From positions 104,738 through 168,737 of IMG/VR virus record IMGVR_UViG_3300028783_000001: a stretch of 64,000 nucleotides of DNA; one strand, 5' to 3'. The stretch's first letter is position 1, and the number at the start of each line of letters is the position of its first letter. This DNA is from a virus. Of the stretch, positions 48,914-59,376 are shown in pieces. The notes below the pieces were generated by a model. It was not told the DNA's origin and made no database searches. It was given only the letters and a program-made list of their open reading frames with translations. A program made the position numbers and the translations under genes.

Positions 48914-49141
48914 TTACGACTCCGTAGTCAGGGGAAAGGTAGTTCTAGTAGCTGGGTCAAATACTACTGGGATTGGCGTGCGATATGTCGATGCGATGGT
49001 CATACGCATGAGCTTCGCCCCTGGTGTAGGTGACATTGAAATCTCGTAGGGAACACCAGCGTCTGAGGCCGGAGTTGACGCGACTTCCCGGTGTTGCATT
49101 TTCTGTTTCAAAAGTGCTATGGGGTCAACCAACTTTACCAT
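48914..49141 (-). CDS. hypothetical protein
   Basis: GAGGAG RBS. Confidence 0.55.
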   Translation of the reverse strand: MVKLVDPIALLKQKMQHREVASTPASDAGVPYEISMSPTPGAKLMRMTIASTYRTPIPVVFDPATRTTFPLTTES

Positions 49142-49155
49142 GGTAATCTCCTCTA

Positions 49156-49179
49156 GAGCCTGCGCTTACGCGCAGGCTC
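49156..49179 (-). terminator. hairpin after the helicase gene
   Basis: GAGCCTGCGC-TTAC-GCGCAGGCTC. Confidence 0.55.
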
Positions 49180-49190
49180 GTGTATCTTTA

Positions 49191-52100
49191 CTAGCCGTGC
49201 ACAGCCTGAACTGATGCGTCAAACTGCTTCTGATTAGCTACCACTACACCTTCCTTCATGAGCGTCTGCACGGTAGCCTTGACGGCCGCGATATTTGGTG
49301 TCATTTTAATGAGGGTAGCAGCTAGCGTCTGCGGAACCTTCTGGCAACCTATCGGCATGCTGAGCTTGGGTATGTTTCGCGCAGCAGGACACGTGTGACA
49401 GTCTGCGTAGATGTAAACCTTTCCATTCTCGACAACGCCGTAGGGACGAATCTCGCCCTTCTTTGATGCCTTCATGCGTTCCTGTTTCACCCACGCTGTA
49501 TGAAAGATCCTCAGCTGGGCCTTCTTGAATGGGAAGGCTGTCTTGTGCTTCGCGTAGGCGATGGCAAACGCGTCGAGGTTGGCTTTCACGGCCGGTGGGA
49601 TATAAAACTTCGTGGCCAGAAGATTTGCTAGCCGTAGGAAGCCAGCCGGATTCTTAACCTGGACAACGATGCTCTCATTGATATGATCGAAGCCGTTGGC
49701 GAGCAGTATCTTATCCTTGGCTCCACCTGGATCTGTGATTAGGCATTCGATGCCGTTGTAGATCATCGCCTGGAAGTCGCGTTTGTCGAGATTGGTAGCA
49801 GCCTTCTTTAGTATGCCCTTGTTACCCATAGTGATTGGCCCGTTATCATCATCCACTGGCTTCTTCACTATTACAGGCATTGGCTGCGTTCCGGGCGTCT
49901 TTGGCTGCGTAAACTTCGGCGTCATCTTCGGTGCCTTCACAGGCTCCTGCCCGGTTCCAGCGTGTCCACCACCAGGAAGCTTACCGGCCTTGGCCAGCGC
50001 CATCGCCTTAGCACGAGCTGCTGTGCGCTCCTCTAGCAACTGCGCGAGTAGCTTCTTGTGAGCTGAAGTTGGTTTTGCAATACTCTTCAGCTCCTGGATC
50101 TTCTTCCACCGTTCCTTATTAGCTGGATTCGCCTTTATGTGCTGGTGGAACAAGTCTTGAATTTCCTCTGGGCCGAGGTTTGGTCCAGAAGATATAGGCT
50201 TGGTTCCTGGTGTTGGTTTCGTCCCAGGGGTAGGCTTAGTGACCCCAGGAATTGTAATATGTTTCGGCTGCTTCACGCCCTTCGTTTTGGAGTTTGGCGT
50301 TATCTGCCCAGCCTTTACCAGCACCTTCCCCTGCGCTACTGCATCGACCACCTTCTGCGCCGGTATCAGATTGGACTTCGGCACGAGCGCGCCTTGCTGA
50401 TCTATCTTCAGTACAGCTGCACCACCATTACCGTAGCTCTTTATTAGTATGATTAGAGCCTCTCTGTTGGCGGCGTCGCTTGGTGCCGTAATACTGTCGC
50501 GACGCACTAGCACCGGCTTTTCACTGAGCCCAGGAATTAACACCCAGACTAGTAGGGCATTAGACTTCGTGGGAGGTGCAATCCAACCTGGACCAAACTC
50601 CGTCATTACCGGGTCGCCTATGACGACGTCCACGTTTACATCACCAGCCTCTAGTACATCAGGTGCACTATCTGGTTCATCCTTTACAGTCTTGGTGACC
50701 ACAGGTACCAGTTCAAGCGGCGTGTTGTTCATTCCATAGAAGCCATCCGTCCACGGTACATATCCCAGCGCGTTTAAGGCGTCACCTGGCGCAAACGACG
50801 GAGAGGTTGTAGATTGGGTTTCCATCATAGAGAGATGGCCTAGCTCGTAGTCGGCAATCGACTTGCGCTTAGGGTCTTTCTTCTGAAGGCGCGTCAGCAG
50901 CTCGGCCTTCAGCTTCTTGCGTTCGGCGGCGTACTCGGACTCCTCCCACTGCAGGAATAGCGTGTATGCAGCGAAGTGGTTGGTGAGAGCCTCGCGGCTC
51001 TGCATGTCCGACTTCTTTATGAGATTACCATCCTCATCCGTGATGTCAATGTCCTGCTCGACAATCTTTTTGAGCATCATCGGAATGCGCTTCGCCTGCG
51101 CGAAATAGGCGGCATTCTCAGGGGAGTTCACCACCTTGGCGAGGTTTGCGTTGCTCTGGATCTCACTAACGATTGCATTCTCTAGCTTCTTACTAATCAT
51201 GCGCGCCATCTTCGGCACATCGATTGATGGCTCGACAATGATCCAGTCCATGTAGATGCGGTCGCGCTTAAACTTATATTGCCCATTAGGACCTGGAACG
51301 TCTGGACGCCACAGTCGTGCCAAGGTTTGCTCTTGAGCACCTGGCGTCCACATGGTTTGCGTCCTGATAAGTCGCGAAGCGCACTGTAGGTTGTGACCTT
51401 CGCTAAGTCCGGTATTATGGACTAGTACTGGAATGCTACCACGCATGTGAGCCCCAGACGATCCCGCTACGACGAAGTAGTTGTGATCGCCCTCTACGGC
51501 TAGGTCGTACTTGTACGACCCAAGCTTGTCCTTCTTGCGAATCTCTCGGATGCGAGTTATCTTCAAGAAGTGGTTATTTACATGTGACTCAATACGAGCA
51601 CGCATGTAATCTGGCTTACGTGCGGCGTCCAGTAGCAGGCACTCAATACCCTTCTCTGAATAAGCACTACGTATTCCAACCATCTCCTCCTTCGAGTGCC
51701 AGTACCCAGTGTCTGCGACTTCCACGACCTTCTTGGCTCGGAAGCTAAGTGAACGCTCCCATAATCCGCAAGTATCGTTTGTGGGGTAAGCCTTGTTCCA
51801 TAGCTTGCACTTACCATCAGCGTAGTTGGCGCACGTACCGCACTTGGTAGGGCACTTGATAAAGTCGGGGTTCTTGTTCCGGTTCTTCCCATTTACCTCC
51901 AGCGTGACGAAGTAGGAACCATCACCTGTATAGACAAGGTTATCAATGCCCATGTCAATTATGCTGGTCTCGACCTTGTTTGGACCACCCTTGTAATTCG
52001 GCGCTTCCATGAAGCGTTTTATCTGCGCGTCACGGTAAGCCTTCGGCTTTCTAGCAAAGGCGTCACTGTATATGCCAGCGTCGACGTTTGCCTGGATCTT

Positions 52101-55100
52101 CGCATTTCTCGCTGCAACCCTTACCGAATCGTTTTCAAAAGTAGTTCGTGCAGTGGCTATATTCGCAAGGCGTGCCTTGCGGTGCTTCGGATCCTGCCAG
52201 TCACGAACTAGCGTATTACTTACTGCAGATGTTACCTTATCACGCCACTCCGTAAACTCTCCATGCACCTTGTTACGGTGCCACCGAACTTCTGCCGGAT
52301 GGGCCGTAAAGTCACAATGCGGACAAGAGTTGCGCATTGCTGATGCGGTATGACGCATTGCCTCGTTTCCATGCGCTACTATTACTCCATCGTATGCATG
52401 TGCACGGTAGCGCTGTACCTTCTGACCATGGGTAATGAGCTCGTCGCCTACTACTAGGTCACGAGCGTGCACCTCTAGTCCACTGCTCTTGAATATGGCG
52501 TGGTTATCAGTAACCTCAAACGATAGAGTCAGGTTACGCTCCTCGTCGCGTACTGAAATTTCTAACCAGCGCTCATCTCCCTTGACGTCGTGCCGGACCT
52601 TCTTGTTTATCTTGCGGCGTATGATCTCCTTGTTTTCTAAATCGTAGGCGAGCACGTGTTGTATGGAGTCAGTCTTGTAAATGTCCTCCATCGACATTGA
52701 CTTACCGTAGTCGGTCAATACATGCATGTAACCTGGGAAGCACTCGTCGGCTACGAGGATACGAATTGCATCGTTGTCCCGAAACTCCTTAATCGCTTCT
52801 GGTGTGCTGGCCGTGAAGTGGATGGCCATCGCCTTATAGCTATCACTCAGATGCTCCATAATATGGCGCGACACAACCTTGTTGTAGCCGACGATAATGA
52901 TCTTGTTTGGATCTGGTGGAACTTCAATATCACCACCCTCTTGACCAGAGAGGTTGATCTTGCCGCCGTTGAAGTGCTGGCCGATCAACTTATTAATGGT
53001 TGCCATCTTTGGGGATAGAAGATCACAACCCTTGCTCTCGAAGTTTGTATTGAGCCCCTTCATAGCCATCCAACCAGAGCTGGCCTTATCTGTAAGGTCG
53101 CTGTCTGGTGCGTTCAACCACTGTTCTAGACCTGCTAACTTCGTTTTAAGCATGGAGTCCAAGGCATCTTGCGCAGCCTCGCCCTCCTCACCACCCTTCT
53201 CTGCAGCCTCCACTAGAGAGGCAAACTTGCCGTTTTGCATCAGGAGCGCTTGCTGATTGTTTATGTAAGCGTCGTAAAACTCCTGCTGGTTGTTGGTCAT
53301 CTTGCACGCCCACACGCGCTCTACCACAGGTGGTAGCAGGTGAGCCCACTCGCGACGGCTAACTTTTATGCGCTTCGCGAACATATCGGTACGTGTGTGT
53401 AGCTCCGGTATATCCTTCTGCTCGATAGAATCGTTTGCCTTGATCCGTTTTCCGAGGTCGCCTAGAGCCATCGGCTCTAGCTGTGCCATCTGGCCGATTA
53501 GATCTGCTGGGGTATTTTGAAGTAGGGTTCCTGTGCCGATACGCACATAACCTTCGGTTCCATCATCATGGACAGCAGCCTCTGCAGACAAGACGGCAGT
53601 AGCCATAGTACGACCGGAGGAGAGCGTCTTGACGCGTTGTGACTCATCAAGTGCGAAGTAGTCAAAGTTTAGCTCAGCGAGGAAGGCTGCCCGTGGGAAG
53701 AACATCTCAGGGTCAGCTGCACCCATAAACACCTTTTTAGCTTCACCGCTAAGCCAGTTGTAATCGACGACAAACAGCGTGTTCGCTGGCTGGGCCATGA
53801 GTAACTGCTTCATAGCTAGGGGACTAGACCCGACACGAATGGTGAGCAAGCGCCAGATAACGCGATTGATCAGAAACGGGCGTAGGTAGCCATTCGTAAA
53901 CTTAATAACCTCATTTCCGAACTGCGCCATCAAGTTTCGAGGCATAGCAATGCCTGGGCGTTTAATCTTCCCGGCCTTTAGGAGCTTGGTAACGTCGTTG
54001 ATGTAGGTCCAGCTCTTACCACCACCAGCGCTAATATCGAAGATAGCCTTGAGAGGAAACTTCCTAAGCTCTGCGTCGACACGCGCCTGGTGCGGCATGC
54101 ATGTTTTACAACCCGGCATGTCGTCCAGCATCACAGGCTTCTCCTTATCTAGGATAACCTGCGCGCGGTTGTTTGCTATCGTCTCACCCAGGATCTTCGA
54201 GTAGACCAAGCGCTTCGGAGCATATACACCGAAGAGCGCGAAGTAGGGGCGGACCTGGTACTGGTTGTAGACGGGCATAGCAGACCCAGCGAGCTTCGCG
54301 TAGCACTGGGCAAACGCCAACCCCATCTCAAACAAGCCATTGTTGACCGGGTGTCCCTCGTCTAGGTGATTAAATGGGACGTCGATCATATTGTCCCACG
54401 TAAACTTCAGCGACTTATTCTTAGCGACCATCTCATCGACCATGGAGATCCAGTTCGCATGGACGCCTACTCCAAACTTACTGCATAGCTCCAACATGCG
54501 CGCCAGCATCGCGCTATCTGGCGTGGAGTTCATGACATGGGCTATCACACCAGGAACGAGCGGGCGAGCACCAGTAAGGTCGATAACGAATGCATCACCA
54601 TTATCATTGGTGATGAACATCTTAGAGATTACCCAGTCAGTAGCTATGTGCAGGCCGAGCGCGTCGGCTGATGATACCGTTCCTGTCTTGGGATTGACGC
54701 ACGAGTTCAAAACGTTTTTCCAGCTAGTGGCCTTATCCGCCGGCGGTACCCAATAAATATCTCCTGTGGGAACCGTACAGAATCCTTCACCATTAACGCG
54801 TGGGCGTGGGCTCAGGTTGAAGCGCTCAGCCACGGATTTGGACATGTGAGCGTTTGCGTCTGGGTGAGCCATTCGGCCCTTCGGAACCTTCTTACCCTTA
54901 GCATCTTCCTTGCACCACCAAGCATGCAAGCGCTTTATGTTGCTCCAAAAGCTGAAGGGAATGAAGTCCTCTTCGCTCGTAGCTGACGTCGACCACATTG
55001 CATACTCAAACGGGAATACAATCTCCGCCTTGACCATGATCTCTGCGTTGAATGTATTGTGCTGGTTGATGTGTGGTGGGTGCTCATTGGTTAGATATAG

Positions 55101-55823
55101 GGAAGAAACTGCCAACTGTAGCTTCACGATACCCTTATATTCCTTCCACTCGGCAATGTCGAGTTGGCCTACACCTGGTATATTGAACCCAGCTATCTGC
55201 TCTAGGGGAAGCTCAGCAGACGATGTAGATGGGTCGAGGATTGCAACACCATCATCCCCAATCTTTAGCTTCTCGATATCAAGCTTGGGAAACAGTTGGG
55301 CCAGCACCTTGCGACCTAGCTGGTATGCAGCGTTTTGCTTACCATCCGCGTCGGCGGCGAGCCCATGCGTCATGTGACCTAGCATCGGCATAGCTAAGAT
55401 CATTTTGCAACCGGCCTTGGGGTCGCACATGATGTAATCTTGGTAATGCATGCCCTTTAGGGTGCGCGTCACCATGAGTCCTGGGTCGGACTGCTTGACG
55501 GCATTTTCGTCCTGATCATCACCAGCGGCTTCGCTGAAAGCTTTCAGCGATAGCATACCAGCAACTACGGCGACTGCCTCTGCAATCTTCGTATACAGCG
55601 GCTTTGGCGCAGTGAAGTGAGCATACTTAATCGCCAGCTTCTTTTGAAGGGTCGCCTCATCTTCCTCTGCATTACTGTCGTCGGCGTCGTCGGTATTAGG
55701 GTTGGCAGCTACGGCGAGTGTCTGTAAGGCGTTGTTCAACCTGGTGGTCGAGAGGGACTCGACTGCACGCATGCGGTTGAGTGCCGCCTCGAAGGCCGTG
55801 TCAGCTGTATCAATCTTGATCAT
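49191..55823 (-). CDS. large SNF2-like (SF2) helicase/ATPase containing an intein
   Basis: PHQ, AGGGKS (Walker A), LDESQ (Walker B), TGT, EGHNLQ..RL and W.PG..EQ..AR..R motifs. Confidence 0.85.
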   Translation of the reverse strand: MIKIDTADTAFEAALNRMRAVESLSTTRLNNALQTLAVAANPNTDDADDSNAEEDEATLQKKLAIKYAHFTAPKPLYTKIAEAVAVVAGMLSLKAFSEAAGDDQDENAVKQSDPGLMVTRTLKGMHYQDYIMCDPKAGCKMILAMPMLGHMTHGLAADADGKQNAAYQLGRKVLAQLFPKLDIEKLKIGDDGVAILDPSTSSAELPLEQIAGFNIPGVGQLDIAEWKEYKGIVKLQLAVSSLYLTNEHPPHINQHNTFNAEIMVKAEIVFPFEYAMWSTSATSEEDFIPFSFWSNIKRLHAWWCKEDAKGKKVPKGRMAHPDANAHMSKSVAERFNLSPRPRVNGEGFCTVPTGDIYWVPPADKATSWKNVLNSCVNPKTGTVSSADALGLHIATDWVISKMFITNDNGDAFVIDLTGARPLVPGVIAHVMNSTPDSAMLARMLELCSKFGVGVHANWISMVDEMVAKNKSLKFTWDNMIDVPFNHLDEGHPVNNGLFEMGLAFAQCYAKLAGSAMPVYNQYQVRPYFALFGVYAPKRLVYSKILGETIANNRAQVILDKEKPVMLDDMPGCKTCMPHQARVDAELRKFPLKAIFDISAGGGKSWTYINDVTKLLKAGKIKRPGIAMPRNLMAQFGNEVIKFTNGYLRPFLINRVIWRLLTIRVGSSPLAMKQLLMAQPANTLFVVDYNWLSGEAKKVFMGAADPEMFFPRAAFLAELNFDYFALDESQRVKTLSSGRTMATAVLSAEAAVHDDGTEGYVRIGTGTLLQNTPADLIGQMAQLEPMALGDLGKRIKANDSIEQKDIPELHTRTDMFAKRIKVSRREWAHLLPPVVERVWACKMTNNQQEFYDAYINNQQALLMQNGKFASLVEAAEKGGEEGEAAQDALDSMLKTKLAGLEQWLNAPDSDLTDKASSGWMAMKGLNTNFESKGCDLLSPKMATINKLIGQHFNGGKINLSGQEGGDIEVPPDPNKIIIVGYNKVVSRHIMEHLSDSYKAMAIHFTASTPEAIKEFRDNDAIRILVADECFPGYMHVLTDYGKSMSMEDIYKTDSIQHVLAYDLENKEIIRRKINKKVRHDVKGDERWLEISVRDEERNLTLSFEVTDNHAIFKSSGLEVHARDLVVGDELITHGQKVQRYRAHAYDGVIVAHGNEAMRHTASAMRNSCPHCDFTAHPAEVRWHRNKVHGEFTEWRDKVTSAVSNTLVRDWQDPKHRKARLANIATARTTFENDSVRVAARNAKIQANVDAGIYSDAFARKPKAYRDAQIKRFMEAPNYKGGPNKVETSIIDMGIDNLVYTGDGSYFVTLEVNGKNRNKNPDFIKCPTKCGTCANYADGKCKLWNKAYPTNDTCGLWERSLSFRAKKVVEVADTGYWHSKEEMVGIRSAYSEKGIECLLLDAARKPDYMRARIESHVNNHFLKITRIREIRKKDKLGSYKYDLAVEGDHNYFVVAGSSGAHMRGSIPVLVHNTGLSEGHNLQCASRLIRTQTMWTPGAQEQTLARLWRPDVPGPNGQYKFKRDRIYMDWIIVEPSIDVPKMARMISKKLENAIVSEIQSNANLAKVVNSPENAAYFAQAKRIPMMLKKIVEQDIDITDEDGNLIKKSDMQSREALTNHFAAYTLFLQWEESEYAAERKKLKAELLTRLQKKDPKRKSIADYELGHLSMMETQSTTSPSFAPGDALNALGYVPWTDGFYGMNNTPLELVPVVTKTVKDEPDSAPDVLEAGDVNVDVVIGDPVMTEFGPGWIAPPTKSNALLVWVLIPGLSEKPVLVRRDSITAPSDAANREALIILIKSYGNGGAAVLKIDQQGALVPKSNLIPAQKVVDAVAQGKVLVKAGQITPNSKTKGVKQPKHITIPGVTKPTPGTKPTPGTKPISSGPNLGPEEIQDLFHQHIKANPANKERWKKIQELKSIAKPTSAHKKLLAQLLEERTAARAKAMALAKAGKLPGGGHAGTGQEPVKAPKMTPKFTQPKTPGTQPMPVIVKKPVDDDNGPITMGNKGILKKAATNLDKRDFQAMIYNGIECLITDPGGAKDKILLANGFDHINESIVVQVKNPAGFLRLANLLATKFYIPPAVKANLDAFAIAYAKHKTAFPFKKAQLRIFHTAWVKQERMKASKKGEIRPYGVVENGKVYIYADCHTCPAARNIPKLSMPIGCQKVPQTLAATLIKMTPNIAAVKATVQTLMKEGVVVANQKQFDASVQAVHG
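51414..52742 (-). mobile_element. intein (443 aa) with a Vsr/PD-(D/E)xK-like endonuclease
   Basis: starts CFPGY; block B VTDNH; ends YDLAVEGDHNYFV..VLVHN followed by Thr; internal NPDF..VVEV..GYWH. Confidence 0.92.
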
Positions 55824-55868
55824 GGCTCTATCCGTTCCTGCGATGTTCGTGCGTCGGTGTAGCTACTC

Positions 55869-56216
55869 TCATTCCATAGACTCCAGTTTAACAAGGTATT
55901 TGCGCCACGCCGAATCATCAGTGGGTGGATACACACTAACAGCACGAATTAGTGCTTTGAGCGCGTTCTTCTTTACTTCATGAGACCAGAGCTGCCTATC
56001 GAACCAAGCACCGCCGAATTGGTTTGAAGCGGAAAACGCCGACTCTGGGGAGAAGATGATATCTGGAAGAGCAGCAATCCACTCCGCCCCACGCTTGTCC
56101 TCATTTTCCTGCAGAGCTGCACATCTTATCTTCAGACTACGCTCTAGCGCTTCTAACCCGCGTTCGGAGATGTTTATCGGTCTAGGGGCCGCTCCTCTAT
56201 CTAGGAATCCAGGCAT
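55869..56216 (-). CDS. hypothetical protein
   Basis: likely start MPGFLD just after the upstream stop. Confidence 0.5.
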   Translation of the reverse strand: MPGFLDRGAAPRPINISERGLEALERSLKIRCAALQENEDKRGAEWIAALPDIIFSPESAFSASNQFGGAWFDRQLWSHEVKKNALKALIRAVSVYPPTDDSAWRKYLVKLESME

Positions 56217-56217
56217 A

Positions 56218-57072
56218 TCAGCGCCCCTTATTTTTAAGCTTGGCTGCGGCCTCGCGTTCAATCTCTTGTAAAATCTCGATCCACACCTCTGGTGGTATCT
56301 CCGCTTTGACCAGCATGTCAATGAACCGCTGAACCTCTGCATCAATCTTCGGTGGAATCTTCTTGTTGGCCTGCTCGATCATGGAGATTGCCTTCTTGAG
56401 GTAGTGCTGGCCTGTTTTCAGAGCAGCCTCACCACCAGCGATGGTTGCCGAATGATGCATGTGGTGGGCACCGACGCCTGCGGCCGCTGCGAGCATTCCG
56501 TGTGCGTGATGTAGTCCACCGGTAAGGCCGATATCAGCGGCGGTTAGCCCTGCATGGATCATTGCCTTCTTGAAGTGGCTCTTGTGTTCGTCGGGTAGTG
56601 ACGACCAGCTATTGCCCTTAGCCATGTGTGCTAGGGCCTTGCCGGCACCATGGTACATATGAGCCTCATGCTTCGCTACGTGGCCAACGTTGTGTGCAGC
56701 CGTCTTGGCAAAGTCTACCGCCGCTGCACCTACGTGCTTGGCCTTCTCCGCAGGCGTCTTACCGTGCCAGTCCTCGACCGCCTTCTTCGAGTTGTTGCTC
56801 AGCTTACTATAGGCATCCTTAACATGTCTCGGTAAGCTCTTCACGTGCTCTGCAAAACTAGGCTTTGCCGCTGGAGCGGTCGGTGCTGCAGCAGCAGGTG
56901 GCGTAGCGTTGTTGCTATGTCCCGGCGCATGTATGCTTCCTGGATGTTGCTTGATATACTCTTCCTGACCATGCTTGCCAAGACGAGAGAATGAATCGTC
57001 GGCCTGCATGTCCGCGATAGCCATCGCGCGCAAAGCTTCATAATCAGCGCTTTGGACGCCTCGATTTATCAT
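56218..57072 (-). CDS. putative internal head protein (His/Ala-rich)
   Basis: shared motif QEEYIKQHPGS; AGGAG RBS. Confidence 0.6.
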   Translation of the reverse strand: MINRGVQSADYEALRAMAIADMQADDSFSRLGKHGQEEYIKQHPGSIHAPGHSNNATPPAAAAPTAPAAKPSFAEHVKSLPRHVKDAYSKLSNNSKKAVEDWHGKTPAEKAKHVGAAAVDFAKTAAHNVGHVAKHEAHMYHGAGKALAHMAKGNSWSSLPDEHKSHFKKAMIHAGLTAADIGLTGGLHHAHGMLAAAAGVGAHHMHHSATIAGGEAALKTGQHYLKKAISMIEQANKKIPPKIDAEVQRFIDMLVKAEIPPEVWIEILQEIEREAAAKLKNKGR

Positions 57073-57082
57073 AATCTCACTC

Positions 57083-57646
57083 CTAACCGTTTCTACGCTT
57101 CTTGAAGTTTACGATACTGCTCACCTGTGACTTACTAATATCAAAAATCTTAGCTAGCCCTCTATGTGTATAATTACCAGTAGCATACATCTTCCTAAGC
57201 TTTTCTATTACTCTTGTTGAGAGTTTTGTACACCCGTGATATTCACCATGAACCCAAGTCCCATGCTTGATAGAGTCTTGGACATTTTCCTGTGGATAAC
57301 CCCACTCCAAGCAGTCAGCGTTGAAGCAGCCGAGGTGCCCTTTCCCACACTTGTGTCTAGTAACTTCTCCATCCAGAGGAGGACCATTGACCATCTCACA
57401 GACTTTGTTGTGCCCACCTCTTGGACGACCGTCATTGTCTGTTACCTCAGGATAACCATTACGCTTGCCATAGGGCCAGGGATAACAGCAACCATCATAC
57501 ATATGCTCTAGCAGGTAGCGTTGTGGTTCACCAGGAGGCGCTCTAAAAATTATTTCTGGGTCGCCGTATTTCCACCAACGCTTATAGTGCATTGCACACA
57601 AATCTTTAGCTCTCGTGGGCCTAATACACCCTGAAACTGAACACAT
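57083..57646 (-). CDS. HNH homing endonuclease with a C-terminal HTH
   Basis: CSVSGC..LCAMHY, TRHKC..CFNADCLEWG..EN; AT-rich. Confidence 0.8.
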   Translation of the reverse strand: MCSVSGCIRPTRAKDLCAMHYKRWWKYGDPEIIFRAPPGEPQRYLLEHMYDGCCYPWPYGKRNGYPEVTDNDGRPRGGHNKVCEMVNGPPLDGEVTRHKCGKGHLGCFNADCLEWGYPQENVQDSIKHGTWVHGEYHGCTKLSTRVIEKLRKMYATGNYTHRGLAKIFDISKSQVSSIVNFKKRRNG

Positions 57647-57657
57647 TATATTATCCT

Positions 57658-57963
57658 CTATCTAGGTCTACCTGGTCTCTTAGCGCGGAACATCGTTGCT
57701 GGACCATTTTTCACTCCCGTAATCTTGTGTGTTCCGTGTGCCAGTTGGTGACAGGCCACGCATAGCGTAATGAGGTTCGATAGGACGTCGAGCCCCGTAG
57801 CGAAGGGTAGGTCTGGTCGCGATATGATGTGATGAGAGTGCATAGTCCCATCACGCGTCCCGCATCGGCAGCAGGTGTTGCAATCGCGCCGGCGACATGC
57901 GCTGGAAAGCTCGCGCCAAAACTCAGTCTTATAAAACGGGGCACCGCGTCGCATGTCAAACAT
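57658..57963 (-). CDS. small HNH endonuclease (possibly terminase-associated)
   Basis: RRD..C.RCG..HSHHI..SNLITLC..CH..H. Confidence 0.8.
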   Translation of the reverse strand: MFDMRRGAPFYKTEFWRELSSACRRRDCNTCCRCGTRDGTMHSHHIISRPDLPFATGLDVLSNLITLCVACHQLAHGTHKITGVKNGPATMFRAKRPGRPR

Positions 57964-57983
57964 AGCTAGTTTCCGCGTCGGGA

Positions 57984-58012
57984 ATTATATCAGATTCGGG
58001 AAAGGGCGTCAA
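57984..58012 (-). promoter_or_regulatory. sigma70-like promoter upstream of the HNH pair
   Basis: TTGACG-N17-TATAAT. Confidence 0.65.
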
Positions 58013-58647
58013 GCTAAAGCTAGGCTGGAACGAGGGGCCGCTTCTAGAGCTTCGCGCCGCCTATTAAACTCATTAAAGATCACTTGGTGCTTCGGCAAAA
58101 AGTCTCGCGGATTATCGACATGAACTGTTGCCTCTGGGAAGGGGTCATCAGTTGGCCGCGTCGGCTTATACTCCGTTATACCGTGTCCCGTCTGTAGCCC
58201 ATACTTGCGGTAGCGCGCCCGCATGTTTGTGCCGAGATTTTTTATGTTTGAGAAGTGCTCACTGTAAGTCTTACCTTCAGAACGGTTCCTGTCTACGTTG
58301 CCATCAGCGGAGTCTATAAATGCACGGTATGCCTTGGCTGCATCATAGTGTGCCTTGGACTGCTCCAGGTGATGATGCTTGAGGTCGTAGTGCATCCTAT
58401 TAACAGCGTTGAACCCTTGGCTGAGTCTTATCTCACCGGCGTGAGCGTCGGCACGACCGCGGTGGAACGCAGCCTGCTTGAGATGCTCACCCTCTACGCG
58501 GTTAGGTTTGCGGTAGTCCTTGGCAAACTGGCTATCGGGGTGAGCGCAACGATACGCCTCGCGTTCATCATCGCTCATATCTTCAGTGTACCATTCATGG
58601 GCAGCGGTCTCTGCCTTCCACGTAAGCGCCAGCAGCTTGTTGATCAT
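58009..58647 (-). CDS. putative internal head protein
   Basis: AETAA..MSDDEREAYRCAHPDS shared motif. Confidence 0.6.
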   Translation of the reverse strand: MINKLLALTWKAETAAHEWYTEDMSDDEREAYRCAHPDSQFAKDYRKPNRVEGEHLKQAAFHRGRADAHAGEIRLSQGFNAVNRMHYDLKHHHLEQSKAHYDAAKAYRAFIDSADGNVDRNRSEGKTYSEHFSNIKNLGTNMRARYRKYGLQTGHGITEYKPTRPTDDPFPEATVHVDNPRDFLPKHQVIFNEFNRRREALEAAPRSSLALA

Positions 58648-58659
58648 GACCGTCTCCGC

Positions 58660-59376
58660 TTAACGAATGATAGTCTGCTCCTCACCACCATTACTAGCGG
58701 GGTGGTGAGTAATCGTTACCTGGCGCTGCTCTGACGGATGCTGCAGGACGTGGACGTGCGAGTCGCCATAGTCTTGCGTCGCCTGCTTTCCATATCCGAG
58801 CTTCTTAAAGTGAGCGATTGCGTCCTTGGTTCGATCACCCTTGGACGTGTAGGATACGTCGTCCTTGTCGTTCCACGGTGCAGGCGTCGTCTTCGACGTG
58901 AAGCCAAGTGTCTTACCAGCGTGACCGATTGCATCGTCGTGTGTAAGGCTGCCCTTCTTGGGGAATTTTTCCTTTGGCGGTGCCTCTGCGACCTTGGCTT
59001 CCTTGGCGGGCTTGTGCGGATTCTCTACAGCCTTCATGGCTGGAGCCTTGTCTTTGCCCTTCGCCTTTGGAGGCTTCGGTGTATCACCATGCGTCTTCGG
59101 TGCCGGTGGTGCCTTGTCCTTATTCTTGATAGCTGCTGGAAGCTTCGGAATCTTCACCTTTGCTGGAGCAGCAATCTTGTTACCCTTAGCTGGTGCCTTG
59201 GTACCAGGTGCCTTTGGCTGAGCACTCTTGGCTGGGCCCTTCTCTTTACCCTTTCCCTTTAGGGGATGGGTCTTGCGATACTCGCGCAGCTCCTCAGGGG
59301 ACATGTCGGCAATCTTCTTGGTGGCGGTTTCAAGTTTTGCAGCAATCGCCAGCAGCCTCTGATAAGCCTTACTCAT
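58660..59376 (-). CDS. Lys/Pro-rich putative internal head protein
   Basis: LETAT..MSPEELREYRKTHP; histone H1-like composition. Confidence 0.6.
   Translation of the reverse strand: MSKAYQRLLAIAAKLETATKKIADMSPEELREYRKTHPLKGKGKEKGPAKSAQPKAPGTKAPAKGNKIAAPAKVKIPKLPAAIKNKDKAPPAPKTHGDTPKPPKAKGKDKAPAMKAVENPHKPAKEAKVAEAPPKEKFPKKGSLTHDDAIGHAGKTLGFTSKTTPAPWNDKDDVSYTSKGDRTKDAIAHFKKLGYGKQATQDYGDSHVHVLQHPSEQRQVTITHHPASNGGEEQTIIR

Noticed and set aside
24284-55823. Genome-wide TAG reassignment suggested by the TTCTAA-loop tRNA
   Set aside because: MCP, sheath and helicase end cleanly at TAG, and long genes contain no internal TAG.
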